Below, in pieces: positions 20,415-31,022 of a stretch of 64,000 bases of DNA. The stretch lies in the sequence record NC_054920.1; one strand, written 5' to 3'. This stretch comes from Escherichia phage vB_EcoM_G9062. Within the stretch, counting starts at the first letter, position 1. The number at the start of each line of letters is the position of its first letter. The position numbers were made by a program, and so were the translations under genes. The notes beneath the pieces are model-generated. The model did not search any database, was not told the origin of the DNA, and worked only from the letters and a program-made list of their open reading frames with translations.

Positions 20415-21874
20415 AGACCAGTTACCTCATGAAAATCACCAAATACATCCTCGAATGTATTAGCTTTAGTTTTATCTTCACGTAAACGAATCGCAATCGG
20501 AAGAAATAATTTAACGTAATCAGTGCGGCCATCAGATTTTAACCAACCGTTGCATTCGCACTCTAGAATTTTTCCAATATAATAATTTTGGTTTTCCATA
20601 ATGCGAGTACGGTCAAGTTCATGCGATTTTACACCGGCTTTATCTTTTAAGCCTGAACCAGCATTTACTTTAATTTTTCCACACTCTGACTCAAGAATAA
20701 ATCCACCTGCTTTAGTAGGGTCTTTACGGTGAGGATAAATTCCTACAATTTTTAAATCAACATCAATTACTTCTTTAAATTTATAGAGATTTTTTGAACG
20801 AGCATTTTCCCATAATCCATCGATATTTTTGAGAATAATACCTTCAAGACCTTGGTCAATATACTTTTTATAAATTACCTTAGCTTCATCTAGGTTATTT
20901 ACTACCTGGTTTTCAATTAAAATTACTTTATCATATCCCGATGTCATTTGTTCTAGTTTAGAAAAACGTACATCATATTTTAAACGAAACGCTGGAAGAC
21001 CGTATATTTCTACCAACGGGACATAATCCCAGACCTGAAACTTCATACATTGAGCTTCTTTTTCAGAAATGGTTCCTTTTAAGGATTTATTGGCGATTCC
21101 ATTAGAAGTAGTACGAGATTCCGCTACTTCGGCGAATTCTTTGGCTTTACTAATTTCAGGATAAGCATCAAAAAGAAAATCTAGGCCTTCTGGTTCCTTT
21201 TTAACTTGCTCATGGTATACCAATTCGCCATCAATTAACACACCTTCTGGATGAATCTGGCGGGCTTCAGCAGTCATTTTGATTAACTCTTCCTTAAGAA
21301 GATCTAATCCTAGATATTCATTACCAGCTCGTGATAAAAGACGAACATCATCTAATTCATCGCCTCGGACTTCAGCAAAACACCGAGCTCCATCTGCTTT
21401 TAACTGCGCAAAGGCTGGAAACTTGATATTCTTATTAATGCCTTTTTCATCATAAGAACTTGCAAGCATTTGAGGTTGTTCAGGAATTAAACCTGGCCAA
21501 ACTTTATTTGCAATAGATACTGAAGCACCGCATTCAAGGTCTCGCATCATAACTCGACGCAAAACTTCAACATCATCCTTTTTACCATCAGTGATATATC
21601 CAGTTAATTCCTCAATTGCAGCATTTCCAGTCAATTTCCGAGTAGCTAACGTGAATTCAATGAAGTCAAGCATATCGGTAATAGTCAGCATTCCAAAACT
21701 CTGGGTAGCAATACCCGGTTTAGGCCATTTCTTGATATAATACTGTAACCCACGAGAATAAGTCAGACGATATACTCGTTTAAGCAATTCATTATCTTTA
21801 TTCTTTTCAAGAATTGCTTGCTTCTGCTTAGTTGAACCAATAGATGCTATTTCGTTCAGAATTTTAAGAATCAT
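20411..21874 (-). CDS. 30: ATP-dependent DNA ligase
   Basis: 487 aa, same length as T4 DNA ligase. Confidence 0.93.
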   Translation of the reverse strand: MILKILNEIASIGSTKQKQAILEKNKDNELLKRVYRLTYSRGLQYYIKKWPKPGIATQSFGMLTITDMLDFIEFTLATRKLTGNAAIEELTGYITDGKKDDVEVLRRVMMRDLECGASVSIANKVWPGLIPEQPQMLASSYDEKGINKNIKFPAFAQLKADGARCFAEVRGDELDDVRLLSRAGNEYLGLDLLKEELIKMTAEARQIHPEGVLIDGELVYHEQVKKEPEGLDFLFDAYPEISKAKEFAEVAESRTTSNGIANKSLKGTISEKEAQCMKFQVWDYVPLVEIYGLPAFRLKYDVRFSKLEQMTSGYDKVILIENQVVNNLDEAKVIYKKYIDQGLEGIILKNIDGLWENARSKNLYKFKEVIDVDLKIVGIYPHRKDPTKAGGFILESECGKIKVNAGSGLKDKAGVKSHELDRTRIMENQNYYIGKILECECNGWLKSDGRTDYVKLFLPIAIRLREDKTKANTFEDVFGDFHEVTGL

Positions 21875-22140
21875 TGTTCATCCTTTAGAGTTTGGTTTAC
21901 AGCTCTATTATAAATCAATTCATCATTAAGCTCAGTCAAAGACCTGTGGTACGTGGTTCTAACTTTATTTCCTTGCATCCAGTGCTTGACGTAAATGAAA
22001 CCTTGCTCTACACATTTTTTAAAAATTCGTTCGTCTTTTTGAGCTCGGAATTCTGGATTGCATCTAAAAAATTGATTTACGTGACCGTAATCACGTGTAG
22101 TATTACCTTCATTTTCATAAATAGTGTGAACAACAAACAT
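21871..22140 (-). CDS. Hypothetical protein (30.1 position)
   Basis: 89-aa ORF, overlapping stop/start junctions. Confidence 0.6.
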   Translation of the reverse strand: MFVVHTIYENEGNTTRDYGHVNQFFRCNPEFRAQKDERIFKKCVEQGFIYVKHWMQGNKVRTTYHRSLTELNDELIYNRAVNQTLKDEQ

Positions 22141-23003
22141 TAGAATGCTCCTTGGAAAATATTATCACCACTAGTAAATCTATTAAAATATCCTGCATCA
22201 CCAGGCTTAGTATAACTCCACGTATGGAATGGATTCATATGATACGGGTGTGTATAATATGGATTATATGGATGTGTATAATATGGATTATACGGATTAA
22301 ATTCAGGAGTTCTCCAGGTAGTGTTCCAACGAAAAGAATCGTTTTTAACCATCTTCTCAATTACATCTTTTATAGCTTTTTCACTATCAAAACTTTCTTT
22401 ATTTTCCTTCGGTGAAAAAAGCTTATTTTCTACATCATTCCATGTATAAACTCGCTGCGCAGTTTTTGGAATATTGTCACGCTCTCCTCGAGCCATCCAA
22501 TAAACAGGAACATTTAATATTTCACTCGCATGATCGCAGTGGTGGGCGAGATCGTCAATATAACAAATTACATTATATTTCTCTTTTGCCTTTTTGAATA
22601 ACTCTTCTTTTGAAGAATCATGACCACACATCATTACTTCTGAGAAGGCACCAGGAAAAAGAGCATTCAAATTAAATTGACGATTCAGCAGAGCGTCAAT
22701 AGAATCACCCAATGCTGTAACAGCTACAAAATTATAATCTTCTTTTAATTTGTTAATTACACACAGGGCATCTTTATATGGAGACAAGTAACGAATAAAA
22801 TCTGAACGATTGTATTTTTCAATTAACTTGACGCCAAGTTCTTCATCACAATTAAAGAGTTTACCAGGAGAAATAAATTTCTCATCTTGGATCATTTTTA
22901 AAATATGTTCTAACGGAAGATTATATTTCTGAGCAAAATAAGGAAGGCCTGATTGCCAGCTTAAACATACTCCATCAATATCAGTTAAAATAGTAGGCTT
23001 CAT
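22140..23003 (-). CDS. HAD-superfamily phosphatase-like protein (30.2 position)
   Basis: N-terminal DxDGV-type motif (LTDIDGVCL); C-terminal Tyr/Pro-rich repeat NPYYTHPY x2. Confidence 0.65.
   Translation of the reverse strand: MKPTILTDIDGVCLSWQSGLPYFAQKYNLPLEHILKMIQDEKFISPGKLFNCDEELGVKLIEKYNRSDFIRYLSPYKDALCVINKLKEDYNFVAVTALGDSIDALLNRQFNLNALFPGAFSEVMMCGHDSSKEELFKKAKEKYNVICYIDDLAHHCDHASEILNVPVYWMARGERDNIPKTAQRVYTWNDVENKLFSPKENKESFDSEKAIKDVIEKMVKNDSFRWNTTWRTPEFNPYNPYYTHPYNPYYTHPYHMNPFHTWSYTKPGDAGYFNRFTSGDNIFQGAF
22245..22295 (-). repeat. 24-bp in-frame tandem duplication inside the HAD-like gene
   Basis: gtgtgtataatatggattata repeated with 1-2 mismatches; encodes NPYYTHPY twice. Confidence 0.7.
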
Positions 23004-23458
23004 AGAGAGTCTCTTAATAGGTTTAACACATCAATAAATTCAGCTTCAGTTAGTATTGTATCATCTTTTGTTAGACCACTAGCCATGCTGTGCTTCAAAA
23101 CTTTTCCTTTCGAGGCTTGTAATGCATCACGAAAGCCCTTGTTTTGGATCGCTGCTTCAAAATATGCATTTGTATACAGCTCTTTCCACGCCGGGGAGTA
23201 TCTTGAAAACGGAACTCCCAGCCAGAAGAGGGTCCCACGGTCCTGAGCTCTTGCATAAGACCTTCCAGCTTGTTGGGCGGCAAGCCCGGATAACCCAAAT
23301 ATACGACGTTGTTGTTCAGCATTTTTCACCTTGCATCCTTGGAGGAATCCTTCAAGACCTCCGAATTGAATACCATCCATGACGAAAGGCCATTGGGCGA
23401 AATTACTTAATGCACACGATGGCCATCTAAAATTGCTTCTAATCTCTAACTCAGACAT
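23000..23458 (-). CDS. NADAR / YbiA-like domain protein (30.3 position)
   Basis: Motif LSNFAQWPFVMDG resembles the YbiA signature FSNFAxWP; ATG start 6 nt inside the track ORF, which begins at TTG. Confidence 0.7.
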   Translation of the reverse strand: MSELEIRSNFRWPSCALSNFAQWPFVMDGIQFGGLEGFLQGCKVKNAEQQRRIFGLSGLAAQQAGRSYARAQDRGTLFWLGVPFSRYSPAWKELYTNAYFEAAIQNKGFRDALQASKGKVLKHSMASGLTKDDTILTEAEFIDVLNLLRDSL

Positions 23459-23657
23459 TTTCAATACTTATAATTTCAACATCAGCCCAATGACCATAGC
23501 AAGGAAGACGAAATTCAACTGGCCAGTTAGGGTCCTTTTCTAATATAATAGACTTAACTTGTGGTTCTTCATGTTCATCAGTATATGGATTTTTATCTGT
23601 TACTTTATATGTGACCTTAATGTACTGAATTCCAAAAATCTTATTAATTATATTCAT
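23451..23657 (-). CDS. Hypothetical protein
   Basis: 68-aa ORF with ATG start, operon context. Confidence 0.5.
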   Translation of the reverse strand: MNIINKIFGIQYIKVTYKVTDKNPYTDEHEEPQVKSIILEKDPNWPVEFRLPCYGHWADVEIISIENV

Positions 23658-23851
23658 ACTAATTCCTTTAATCCGTAAATAGGAGATAATTCATCACCCA
23701 TACGAAGGTCTTCATTTCCATCTACCCAGGAAACAATATAAGCCTCTTTTATTTGAATACCACTCCATTTAAATGGAGGTAGAACCTTAGAAATTAATCC
23801 AGGTATACCAACTCCCTTTAATTCAACAGTTTGACCTAAAAAGAATTTCAT
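23654..23851 (-). CDS. Hypothetical protein
   Basis: 65-aa ORF, overlapping junctions. Confidence 0.5.
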   Translation of the reverse strand: MKFFLGQTVELKGVGIPGLISKVLPPFKWSGIQIKEAYIVSWVDGNEDLRMGDELSPIYGLKELV

Positions 23852-24138
23852 TAGAACCTCATCTGAAAACCGTGCGATTTAACATTACTACCGCCAATAT
23901 CAGAAATGTTAATTTCACTCGCAATTGAAGGGTCAATGTCAATTTCGCGATTGAGTTTAGTGATAGCTAAAGTATCACGCCCATTTACAGTACGAAACTC
24001 TAAAGGACAAACCACATCAACGTAGTTTTTAATCGATTCGCTAGTAGGTTGCAAATGTGCAGGAAGGTCTTTAGGCGACTTTGAGAAAACAACTTCACAG
24101 AAATTTTTGCGGGTGTCAAAATAAGTAGTCATAAACAT
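23851..24138 (-). CDS. Hypothetical protein
   Basis: 95-aa ORF. Confidence 0.55.
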   Translation of the reverse strand: MFMTTYFDTRKNFCEVVFSKSPKDLPAHLQPTSESIKNYVDVVCPLEFRTVNGRDTLAITKLNREIDIDPSIASEINISDIGGSNVKSHGFQMRF

Positions 24139-24179
24139 AGTATTTTCCTCAGTAAGGGGCCGAAGCCCCTCATTTTATT

Positions 24180-24545
24180 TTAAATATCAAATTCGTTAAG
24201 AACTACATCAAAGATTGCTTCAAGATGCTCAGGTTTAGCTCTGTTACTCAGAATATGACGAATCCAAGTTTTAACCAGAAGCTTGCGATTAACGCCATTC
24301 CAGCAAGGATGAGTCCCTAAATCGCGTTGACGAAAATCATCATCCAAAGCGATTTTAAAAGAAGAACCTTCCATTGTGATTGAAACCGTGATGCCATTTT
24401 CAAATCGCATATAAACGTAGTTAGGAGTCATATATTGTTCAATTTCGCATACTGATCCATTTTGATGTTTCCAAAGGCAAATAGTATCAATAGAACATGC
24501 AATACCATTAGAAAAATATTTACGTTCAAAGTTGATGTAGTTCAT
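24180..24545 (-). CDS. Hypothetical protein
   Basis: 121-aa ORF with SD ggaga; early promoter upstream. Confidence 0.6.
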   Translation of the reverse strand: MNYINFERKYFSNGIACSIDTICLWKHQNGSVCEIEQYMTPNYVYMRFENGITVSITMEGSSFKIALDDDFRQRDLGTHPCWNGVNRKLLVKTWIRHILSNRAKPEHLEAIFDVVLNEFDI

Positions 24546-24577
24546 TTTTATTCTCCGAGATGTTTAATTGCGGTACA

Positions 24578-24611
24578 GGTATATAATATCATATCCTGTA
24601 CCAAAGTAAAC
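24578..24611 (-). promoter_or_regulatory. T4-type early promoter
   Basis: Minus strand GTTTAC, ~17 nt, TGaTATTATAT. Confidence 0.5.
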
Positions 24612-24615
24612 TATT

Positions 24616-24984
24616 TTATGCAACTTTAATCCAATTATCTAAATTTAATTCACCTTTGGCTTTCATTTTTTCAATCAAGAGGTCAGCGGTAATACGACCA
24701 TTTTGATACCACGTAACATCTTCAGAGTAACCAGTTTCTTTATCTTCATAAGTCTCACAGCGAATTTTACCAAGAATCAAAGTTTTTAATTCGTATGTAT
24801 CTCCAGTAAAAAAGTTAGTTAACATTATTTTCCAAGAGAAATCATCAGAAGGACCTTCAGGAGTCATACAATCTACAAATTCAAATTGTTCTTTATATAA
24901 ATGCCACTGAAGTTCTTTAGTTTCGATAGCTTTATAGCCGTCGTGATCTTTACCTTTGATGTATGAGTTAAGATTGATTTTCAT
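24616..24984 (-). CDS. Hypothetical protein
   Basis: 122-aa ORF with SD aaggaga. Confidence 0.6.
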   Translation of the reverse strand: MKINLNSYIKGKDHDGYKAIETKELQWHLYKEQFEFVDCMTPEGPSDDFSWKIMLTNFFTGDTYELKTLILGKIRCETYEDKETGYSEDVTWYQNGRITADLLIEKMKAKGELNLDNWIKVA

Positions 24985-25009
24985 TTTATTCTCCTTTGTT
25001 TGTGTAAAA

Positions 25010-25041
25010 TAATACTATCACAAAGGAACCATACTGTAAAC
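25010..25041 (-). promoter_or_regulatory. T4-type early promoter
   Basis: Minus strand GTTTAC, ~17 nt, TGaTAGTATTAT. Confidence 0.5.
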
Positions 25042-25070
25042 AACTTTGTGCAATCTTTGGAAAATAAAAA

Positions 25071-25090
25071 AGGACTCCCGAAGGAGTCCT
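25071..25090 (-). terminator. Rho-independent terminator
   Basis: aggactcc-ttcg-ggagtcc followed by T6 on the minus strand. Confidence 0.55.
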
Positions 25091-25094
25091 CAAC

Positions 25095-25313
25095 TTATGC
25101 TTTCTGCTTACCAAAACGAGAAGCATCATCTCGAAGAACCGCACGTGCTCGGCGCATGATCTTCTCAACAGTTTGATTGATACGAGAGTTCGACCCACGC
25201 TTGTAACCAGCGCGTTTAGAATCACCAACTTTCTTTTCAACTGCTTTCTTTGCTTTAACTTGTTTTGCCATTATAAATTCTCTTTTAAATGAAAATGCAG
25301 GACTTATTGGCAT
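25095..25313 (-). CDS. Small basic protein
   Basis: 72-aa ORF (or 58 aa from MAKQVKAKK...); Lys/Arg-rich. Confidence 0.5.
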   Translation of the reverse strand: MPISPAFSFKREFIMAKQVKAKKAVEKKVGDSKRAGYKRGSNSRINQTVEKIMRRARAVLRDDASRFGKQKA

Positions 25314-25560
25314 TGCCTGCGCAAGCCCTCAAAGGGGTACTTAGGTTTTGAATATTTACCGACAGGATAACCATAAACCTCGTCATCATACCACCAAGAC
25401 TTACACAGATAACACTTTTCTGACGCATGATAGTAACATTCAAGAGGTACACTGTAAAACTGCCGGGGTCTTAAAACTATAATGATTCGCAAATCATTAA
25501 TCAGACAGTTCGACGGCTCCTCGTTTTAACTTCACACTAAGGCAGTGACTCTCCAATAAA

Positions 25561-25809
25561 TTACTTCAGTGTTACCACAAAGTGACGAACTGCTTTTCGT
25601 GCAGCAGAAGCCAAAGGCTTAGCATATTTAAGTTCATCTTTTTCCTGAAGCTCAGCAGCTAGTGCAGTTTGAGCAGGATTCAGATGTTTGAAATAACGCA
25701 GGATTTCAAGAGCTTCGGCTTCAACATCAATAGATGCGCCATAGTTTTCGTGACCATTATTCCATGCGTTTCGTTGCAGTTCAAGAGCGTGTTGTAATTG
25801 TTTAATCAT
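25561..25809 (-). CDS. rIII: RIII lysis inhibition accessory protein
   Basis: 82 aa, as T4 RIII; position between the 30.x ORFs and gene 31. Confidence 0.85.
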   Translation of the reverse strand: MIKQLQHALELQRNAWNNGHENYGASIDVEAEALEILRYFKHLNPAQTALAAELQEKDELKYAKPLASAARKAVRHFVVTLK

Positions 25810-25956
25810 TTAAAAATTCTCGTTAGAGATTAAAACTCGGTAGTCACGTTCTTCTGAATTTCATCTTCTTTCGACAGATCTCTCAGTTGTAGACTACCAC
25901 ATAGAATTGTTCGGTTAACTTATTATTCCGACACCCAATTCATATTATTATTTATA

Positions 25957-26292
25957 TCACTTATAAAGACACGGAATAGCTTTATAATGACAGGTAACGA
26001 ATTTTTGTTTAATTTCTTTTGGCTGCTTAAGACCCAGAGCTACAAAAGGATGCGGAACGTTTCGAATTTGACCAACTGGAAGAGAAGTCAAATCACCAAC
26101 TTCACAAAAACCTTCAGGAACATCAGGACCGACAGAGTGAATTACACACAGTTCAGGAACTTCACCTTGGACACGTTTACCGATAATAAGTCCTGATTCT
26201 GTAACTTCTTCATCACCGGCTTGTGCAGGTTCAGAAACTAAAATAACATATTCACCGACAGCACGAATTGGTAGCTGTTGTACTTCAGACAT
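25957..26292 (-). CDS. 31: Gp31 co-chaperonin (GroES analogue)
   Basis: 111 aa, as T4 gp31. Confidence 0.9.
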   Translation of the reverse strand: MSEVQQLPIRAVGEYVILVSEPAQAGDEEVTESGLIIGKRVQGEVPELCVIHSVGPDVPEGFCEVGDLTSLPVGQIRNVPHPFVALGLKQPKEIKQKFVTCHYKAIPCLYK

Positions 26293-26348
26293 CGTTTTTC
26301 CTTTTTGTTAACAGATGAATTAATAATAACAAATAATTCTTAAAGCAT

Positions 26349-26657
26349 TTATTTACCAATAAATTGGAGTAAATGCTCAACTTTCATACCATTAACGGAA
26401 ATCAATTTGTCAATAGAAAAACCTCGCCATGCGCCAAGTTCAACATCAAATACTGGAATCATGTCAGTAGATTCTTTCCGAGTAGATTCAGTCAATTTAC
26501 CAGTTTGCATGGTTGGCATAAAGTCTGCATCACGAGTACCTTTCATAGTACGAATAGTACCATCAGACTTTTCAAAAACTACGTTTGAAACACCCATGGA
26601 CAATTTAGTTTTCAAAATTTCGCGAATTGCTACTTTCTGCTCAGTTGTCAGTTTCAT
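26349..26657 (-). CDS. Hypothetical protein (31.1 position)
   Basis: 102-aa ORF. Confidence 0.6.
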   Translation of the reverse strand: MKLTTEQKVAIREILKTKLSMGVSNVVFEKSDGTIRTMKGTRDADFMPTMQTGKLTESTRKESTDMIPVFDVELGAWRGFSIDKLISVNGMKVEHLLQFIGK

Positions 26658-26894
26658 TTATTTACCTATCACAGTTTTAATATGAGTTGTTCCACGTTCT
26701 TTAAGGGTGGAAAGTAATTTTTGGCATTTTTCTAAATCAGATTTCCAACTATATGGTCTATCAATACTAGTCCAATCAGTTTTATAATACTGTTTCCATT
26801 TAGAGAAAAAATATTTCTTATACTCTACAGCAAATGAGATGTTCTCGTTAGAATAAGAACTAATTGCTGTGAGCTTTACCAAACGAAATTTCAT
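26658..26894 (-). CDS. Hypothetical protein (31.2 position)
   Basis: 78-aa ORF abutting cd. Confidence 0.55.
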   Translation of the reverse strand: MKFRLVKLTAISSYSNENISFAVEYKKYFFSKWKQYYKTDWTSIDRPYSWKSDLEKCQKLLSTLKERGTTHIKTVIGK

Positions 26895-27475
26895 TATTCA
26901 CCACAGAATTCGTTGATATTTTCCCAGTTTAACTTATTCAAGTTTTTCTTAGGAACATTAAACACTTCAATACCTGCATTTCGCAGAATATCATCCCAGC
27001 CAGGTTTATTTTTATCGTATGTTTCGCAATAAACCAGCTTTTTAATACCAGATTGAGCTATCGCTTTTGCACAATCTGGACAAGGAGAAAGTGTTACATA
27101 CATAGTAGCACCTTCAATAGAAGAACCATTTCGTGCAGCAAACAAAATTGCATTTAGTTCAGCATGAATTTCATTTTTAGACGACCATTCAGAGTGAGCG
27201 CTACGGTGTTCTTTCGCCAATACAAAACGATCAGTTGAACCAAACGATACACATTCAGGCTTATGACCTTGAATGATAGTATGTTTAGGCTTATTCAGCA
27301 ACCAACCTTGCTCAGCAGCATAATCACAGCAGTTCACACCACCTGCAGGTGAACCATTATATCCAGTAGAAATAATACGTCCATTCTTTTCAATTACTGC
27401 TCCTACTTTCCAGGAGCAACATTTTGATTCTTGTGATACTAAATATGCAATTTGAAGTACTGTACTCGCTTTCAT
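26894..27475 (-). CDS. cd: dCMP deaminase
   Basis: 193 aa; zinc motifs HAELNAILFAA and PCPDCA. Confidence 0.93.
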   Translation of the reverse strand: MKASTVLQIAYLVSQESKCCSWKVGAVIEKNGRIISTGYNGSPAGGVNCCDYAAEQGWLLNKPKHTIIQGHKPECVSFGSTDRFVLAKEHRSAHSEWSSKNEIHAELNAILFAARNGSSIEGATMYVTLSPCPDCAKAIAQSGIKKLVYCETYDKNKPGWDDILRNAGIEVFNVPKKNLNKLNWENINEFCGE

Positions 27476-27810
27476 TTCATAATCACCAGATAAGCAGATT
27501 TAGCAGTTTCAACACGATAAATTTCGTGACGAAGTTTAGTTATACTTTTAATAACAGAACTAATTATATTCTGCCCATCTTTAAAGCGGTTTTTCTTATC
27601 AATAAAAATTGCACCAGCCATCTTTTTGTGAAGCTCAACTGGATACTTCGTCACAATAATAGCATCATACACAGAAGGATGAATACTATTCACTAGAGTA
27701 TCGTTCATTAAAGTTATTCTAATGAACTGTGCTGTTTCAGAGTCAAGCGCTCTATGATCGCCAGTATCATTTTCAAGACAATTATCAATTATATCAGTTA
27801 AATTCATCAT
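27472..27810 (-). CDS. Hypothetical protein (cd.1 position)
   Basis: 112-aa ORF, ATGA overlap with cd. Confidence 0.55.
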   Translation of the reverse strand: MMNLTDIIDNCLENDTGDHRALDSETAQFIRITLMNDTLVNSIHPSVYDAIIVTKYPVELHKKMAGAIFIDKKNRFKDGQNIISSVIKSITKLRHEIYRVETAKSAYLVIMK

Positions 27811-28043
27811 AGTACGCCATACACCCTTTGTGCTTCAACTAATCCATCAAAATCCAATTTGAGATGTGTTATTTGGTCACCATCACCTGGATTCACAATT
27901 ACTAATACCGAACGAGGAGTTTCGGTAATAACACGAACCGACGTTTCAGGAAATCGTTCAGAAACCTTATTTACCAATTCTTGAGCAAATAGTTTAACTT
28001 TTTCTTGGAATTCTTTAACAGTAATTGGTTTTTCGCTTAGCAT
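27807..28043 (-). CDS. Hypothetical protein
   Basis: 78-aa ORF. Confidence 0.55.
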   Translation of the reverse strand: MLSEKPITVKEFQEKVKLFAQELVNKVSERFPETSVRVITETPRSVLVIVNPGDGDQITHLKLDFDGLVEAQRVYGVL

Positions 28044-28564
28044 GTTGATCCTAGCTCCTTACTTTCAACATTTTTAACTAATTTGACAGAAACTAATTCA
28101 GCATCTTGGGTAATCATTACCGGACCTTCTTCATGCTCTTCAAGATATTCTAGAGCTTTCTTTTTAGCTTCTTCCTTCGTATCAGTTTGAGCATAGATAT
28201 AGAACATACAACCAGTAATACCTACTACTTTCCACTTAATTTCTTTATCAGTTTTAATTTCAAATTTACTTACAGAATCATCTTTTTGAACTTCTTCGAA
28301 AAAAGAATATTCTAACATATAAGCAATTGAAAATAACGGGCTAACTTTATAGGATTCACCCATTACATCAACAGCTTTATACCAACAATCATCAATTTCA
28401 CGTTTAATGCTAATAACATTTTTCGCAGGATCTATTTTTACTTTAAATGAATTTTCCCCAATAAACTGGGCAATTCGTTTATTGGCCCCGCAAGTTTCAT
28501 TAAAAATATCTTTATATCCAGCTTTAAAGCGATAAACCTTATCTTCTTCAAACCATTCGCTCAT
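28037..28564 (-). CDS. Hypothetical protein
   Basis: 175-aa ORF with SD gagga; early promoter upstream. Confidence 0.6.
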   Translation of the reverse strand: MSEWFEEDKVYRFKAGYKDIFNETCGANKRIAQFIGENSFKVKIDPAKNVISIKREIDDCWYKAVDVMGESYKVSPLFSIAYMLEYSFFEEVQKDDSVSKFEIKTDKEIKWKVVGITGCMFYIYAQTDTKEEAKKKALEYLEEHEEGPVMITQDAELVSVKLVKNVESKELGSTC

Positions 28565-28590
28565 TTCAATTTCCTCATTTGTTTTGGTAG

Positions 28591-28624
28591 AGCTATAATA
28601 TCACAACTCTACCGTAAAGTAAAC
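28591..28624 (-). promoter_or_regulatory. T4-type early promoter
   Basis: Minus strand GTTTAC, 18 nt, TGaTATTATAG. Confidence 0.5.
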
Positions 28625-28626
28625 CA

Positions 28627-28902
28627 TTAAATCGCTTTGAATTCCGCAGTTTGAGATTCAAAGCGAATGTCGCCTTTGATAACTAGCTCAGCATCAAGAC
28701 CGAATACGACAATGATATGCGCGGAACCTGGATACAGCGTAATGGCAACAGAATCCACCTGGTCTGGAAGCAAAGTGTTCAATACACGAGTCACTTGAGC
28801 ATGAATTCGAAGCTCAGCTGCGTTATCAAGTTTTTCAAACATATTATTAGCGATAATTTGGCTAAACACTACTTCTACGATTTTAGAGTAAGTCGGAAAC
28901 AT
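28627..28902 (-). CDS. Hypothetical protein
   Basis: 91 aa from the ATG preceded by gaggt; track ORF begins at TTG. Confidence 0.5.
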   Translation of the reverse strand: MFPTYSKIVEVVFSQIIANNMFEKLDNAAELRIHAQVTRVLNTLLPDQVDSVAITLYPGSAHIIVVFGLDAELVIKGDIRFESQTAEFKAI

Positions 28903-28904
28903 AT

Positions 28905-29105
28905 TTACCTCACATAATTTTCTTCGAGCCAATCAATAACATCCAAAGCGTTATCAAAAGTTGCGCCATCTACTTTGTCTTCTGTTTCATAATCAAGAAC
29001 ATCTAGGCCTACTCTTCCGTCAACAATAGGCCATAGACAAAATAGATATTTCTTTTCTTTTTCAATTTTATCACAAAGACGATAAATCTTTTCTAGGTTA
29101 TTCAT
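28905..29105 (-). CDS. Hypothetical protein
   Basis: 66-aa ORF. Confidence 0.5.
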   Translation of the reverse strand: MNNLEKIYRLCDKIEKEKKYLFCLWPIVDGRVGLDVLDYETEDKVDGATFDNALDVIDWLEENYVR

Positions 29106-29294
29106 ACGTTTTCCATGGTAAAGGCAGTTTAGTTTTCTTTACTACTAGTTCAACATCAGGATTCTTTTCTCTTAATTTAAGGCATTCCTCCCATGCTCTA
29201 TTTTCACTAGTAAATACACAAAATTGCCCATTACTAGTACCAACTAAACCGCTATTTACAATAACAATAGCCCAAGTTTCATGGTGCCAAGCCA
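29098..29294 (-). CDS. Hypothetical protein
   Basis: 65 aa from the ATG that abuts the pseT stop (TAATG). Confidence 0.5.
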
Positions 29295-30495
<1,201 letters not shown>

Positions 30496-30499
<4 letters not shown>

Positions 30500-30726
30500 T
30501 TATTTTTCTCAACTAATGATTGAATATAATCATGCAAGTCTTTAGATGCTTTACCCCACTTATTTTGATATTCATTTTTGAGATTAGCACGTGATTGAGC
30601 TAATAAAACATCATTAGTTGGAGGTAAAGATTCTAATCGTTGAATCTGTCGTCCATAAATCATTGCAGCCATCTCGGATTCATAAATTAATCCTTTTAGA
30701 TGTTCAAATTGATACCATGAAATCAT
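30496..30726 (-). CDS. Hypothetical protein
   Basis: 76-aa ORF. Confidence 0.55.
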
Positions 30727-31022
30727 TTACATTTATCCTCTTTTAGCTCTTGACGATAATAACATATCATAGTTTTCTGGTCATGTACATATCGTTTTAC
30801 ATCATTAAGCCAAATACGAAATTCCTGAGAATCTTCAAATGGCATACCTACCCAAGCTTTACCATCAATAACTTTAACTTGCCAAGATAGTTTAGCTTCG
30901 TCATATGACTTTATTTGCACAGGCCAATTAGGATGAACTGTTTCTTTCTTTACTTCTAGAGGCTTTGTCGAACAACCAACTAGAAGACCAATAGATAATA
31001 TTACTGCTGATAGTTTAATCAT
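30723..31022 (-). CDS. pseT.2: Outer-membrane spanin lipoprotein (o-spanin)
   Basis: Signal peptide plus lipobox LLVGCS; directly follows the i-spanin. Confidence 0.75.
   Translation of the reverse strand: MIKLSAVILSIGLLVGCSTKPLEVKKETVHPNWPVQIKSYDEAKLSWQVKVIDGKAWVGMPFEDSQEFRIWLNDVKRYVHDQKTMICYYRQELKEDKCK

Noticed and set aside
25304-25492. 62-aa Cys-rich ORF on the minus strand
   Set aside because: Begins with TTG and contains no ATG codon or convincing ribosome-binding site; more likely non-coding leader or intergenic sequence.
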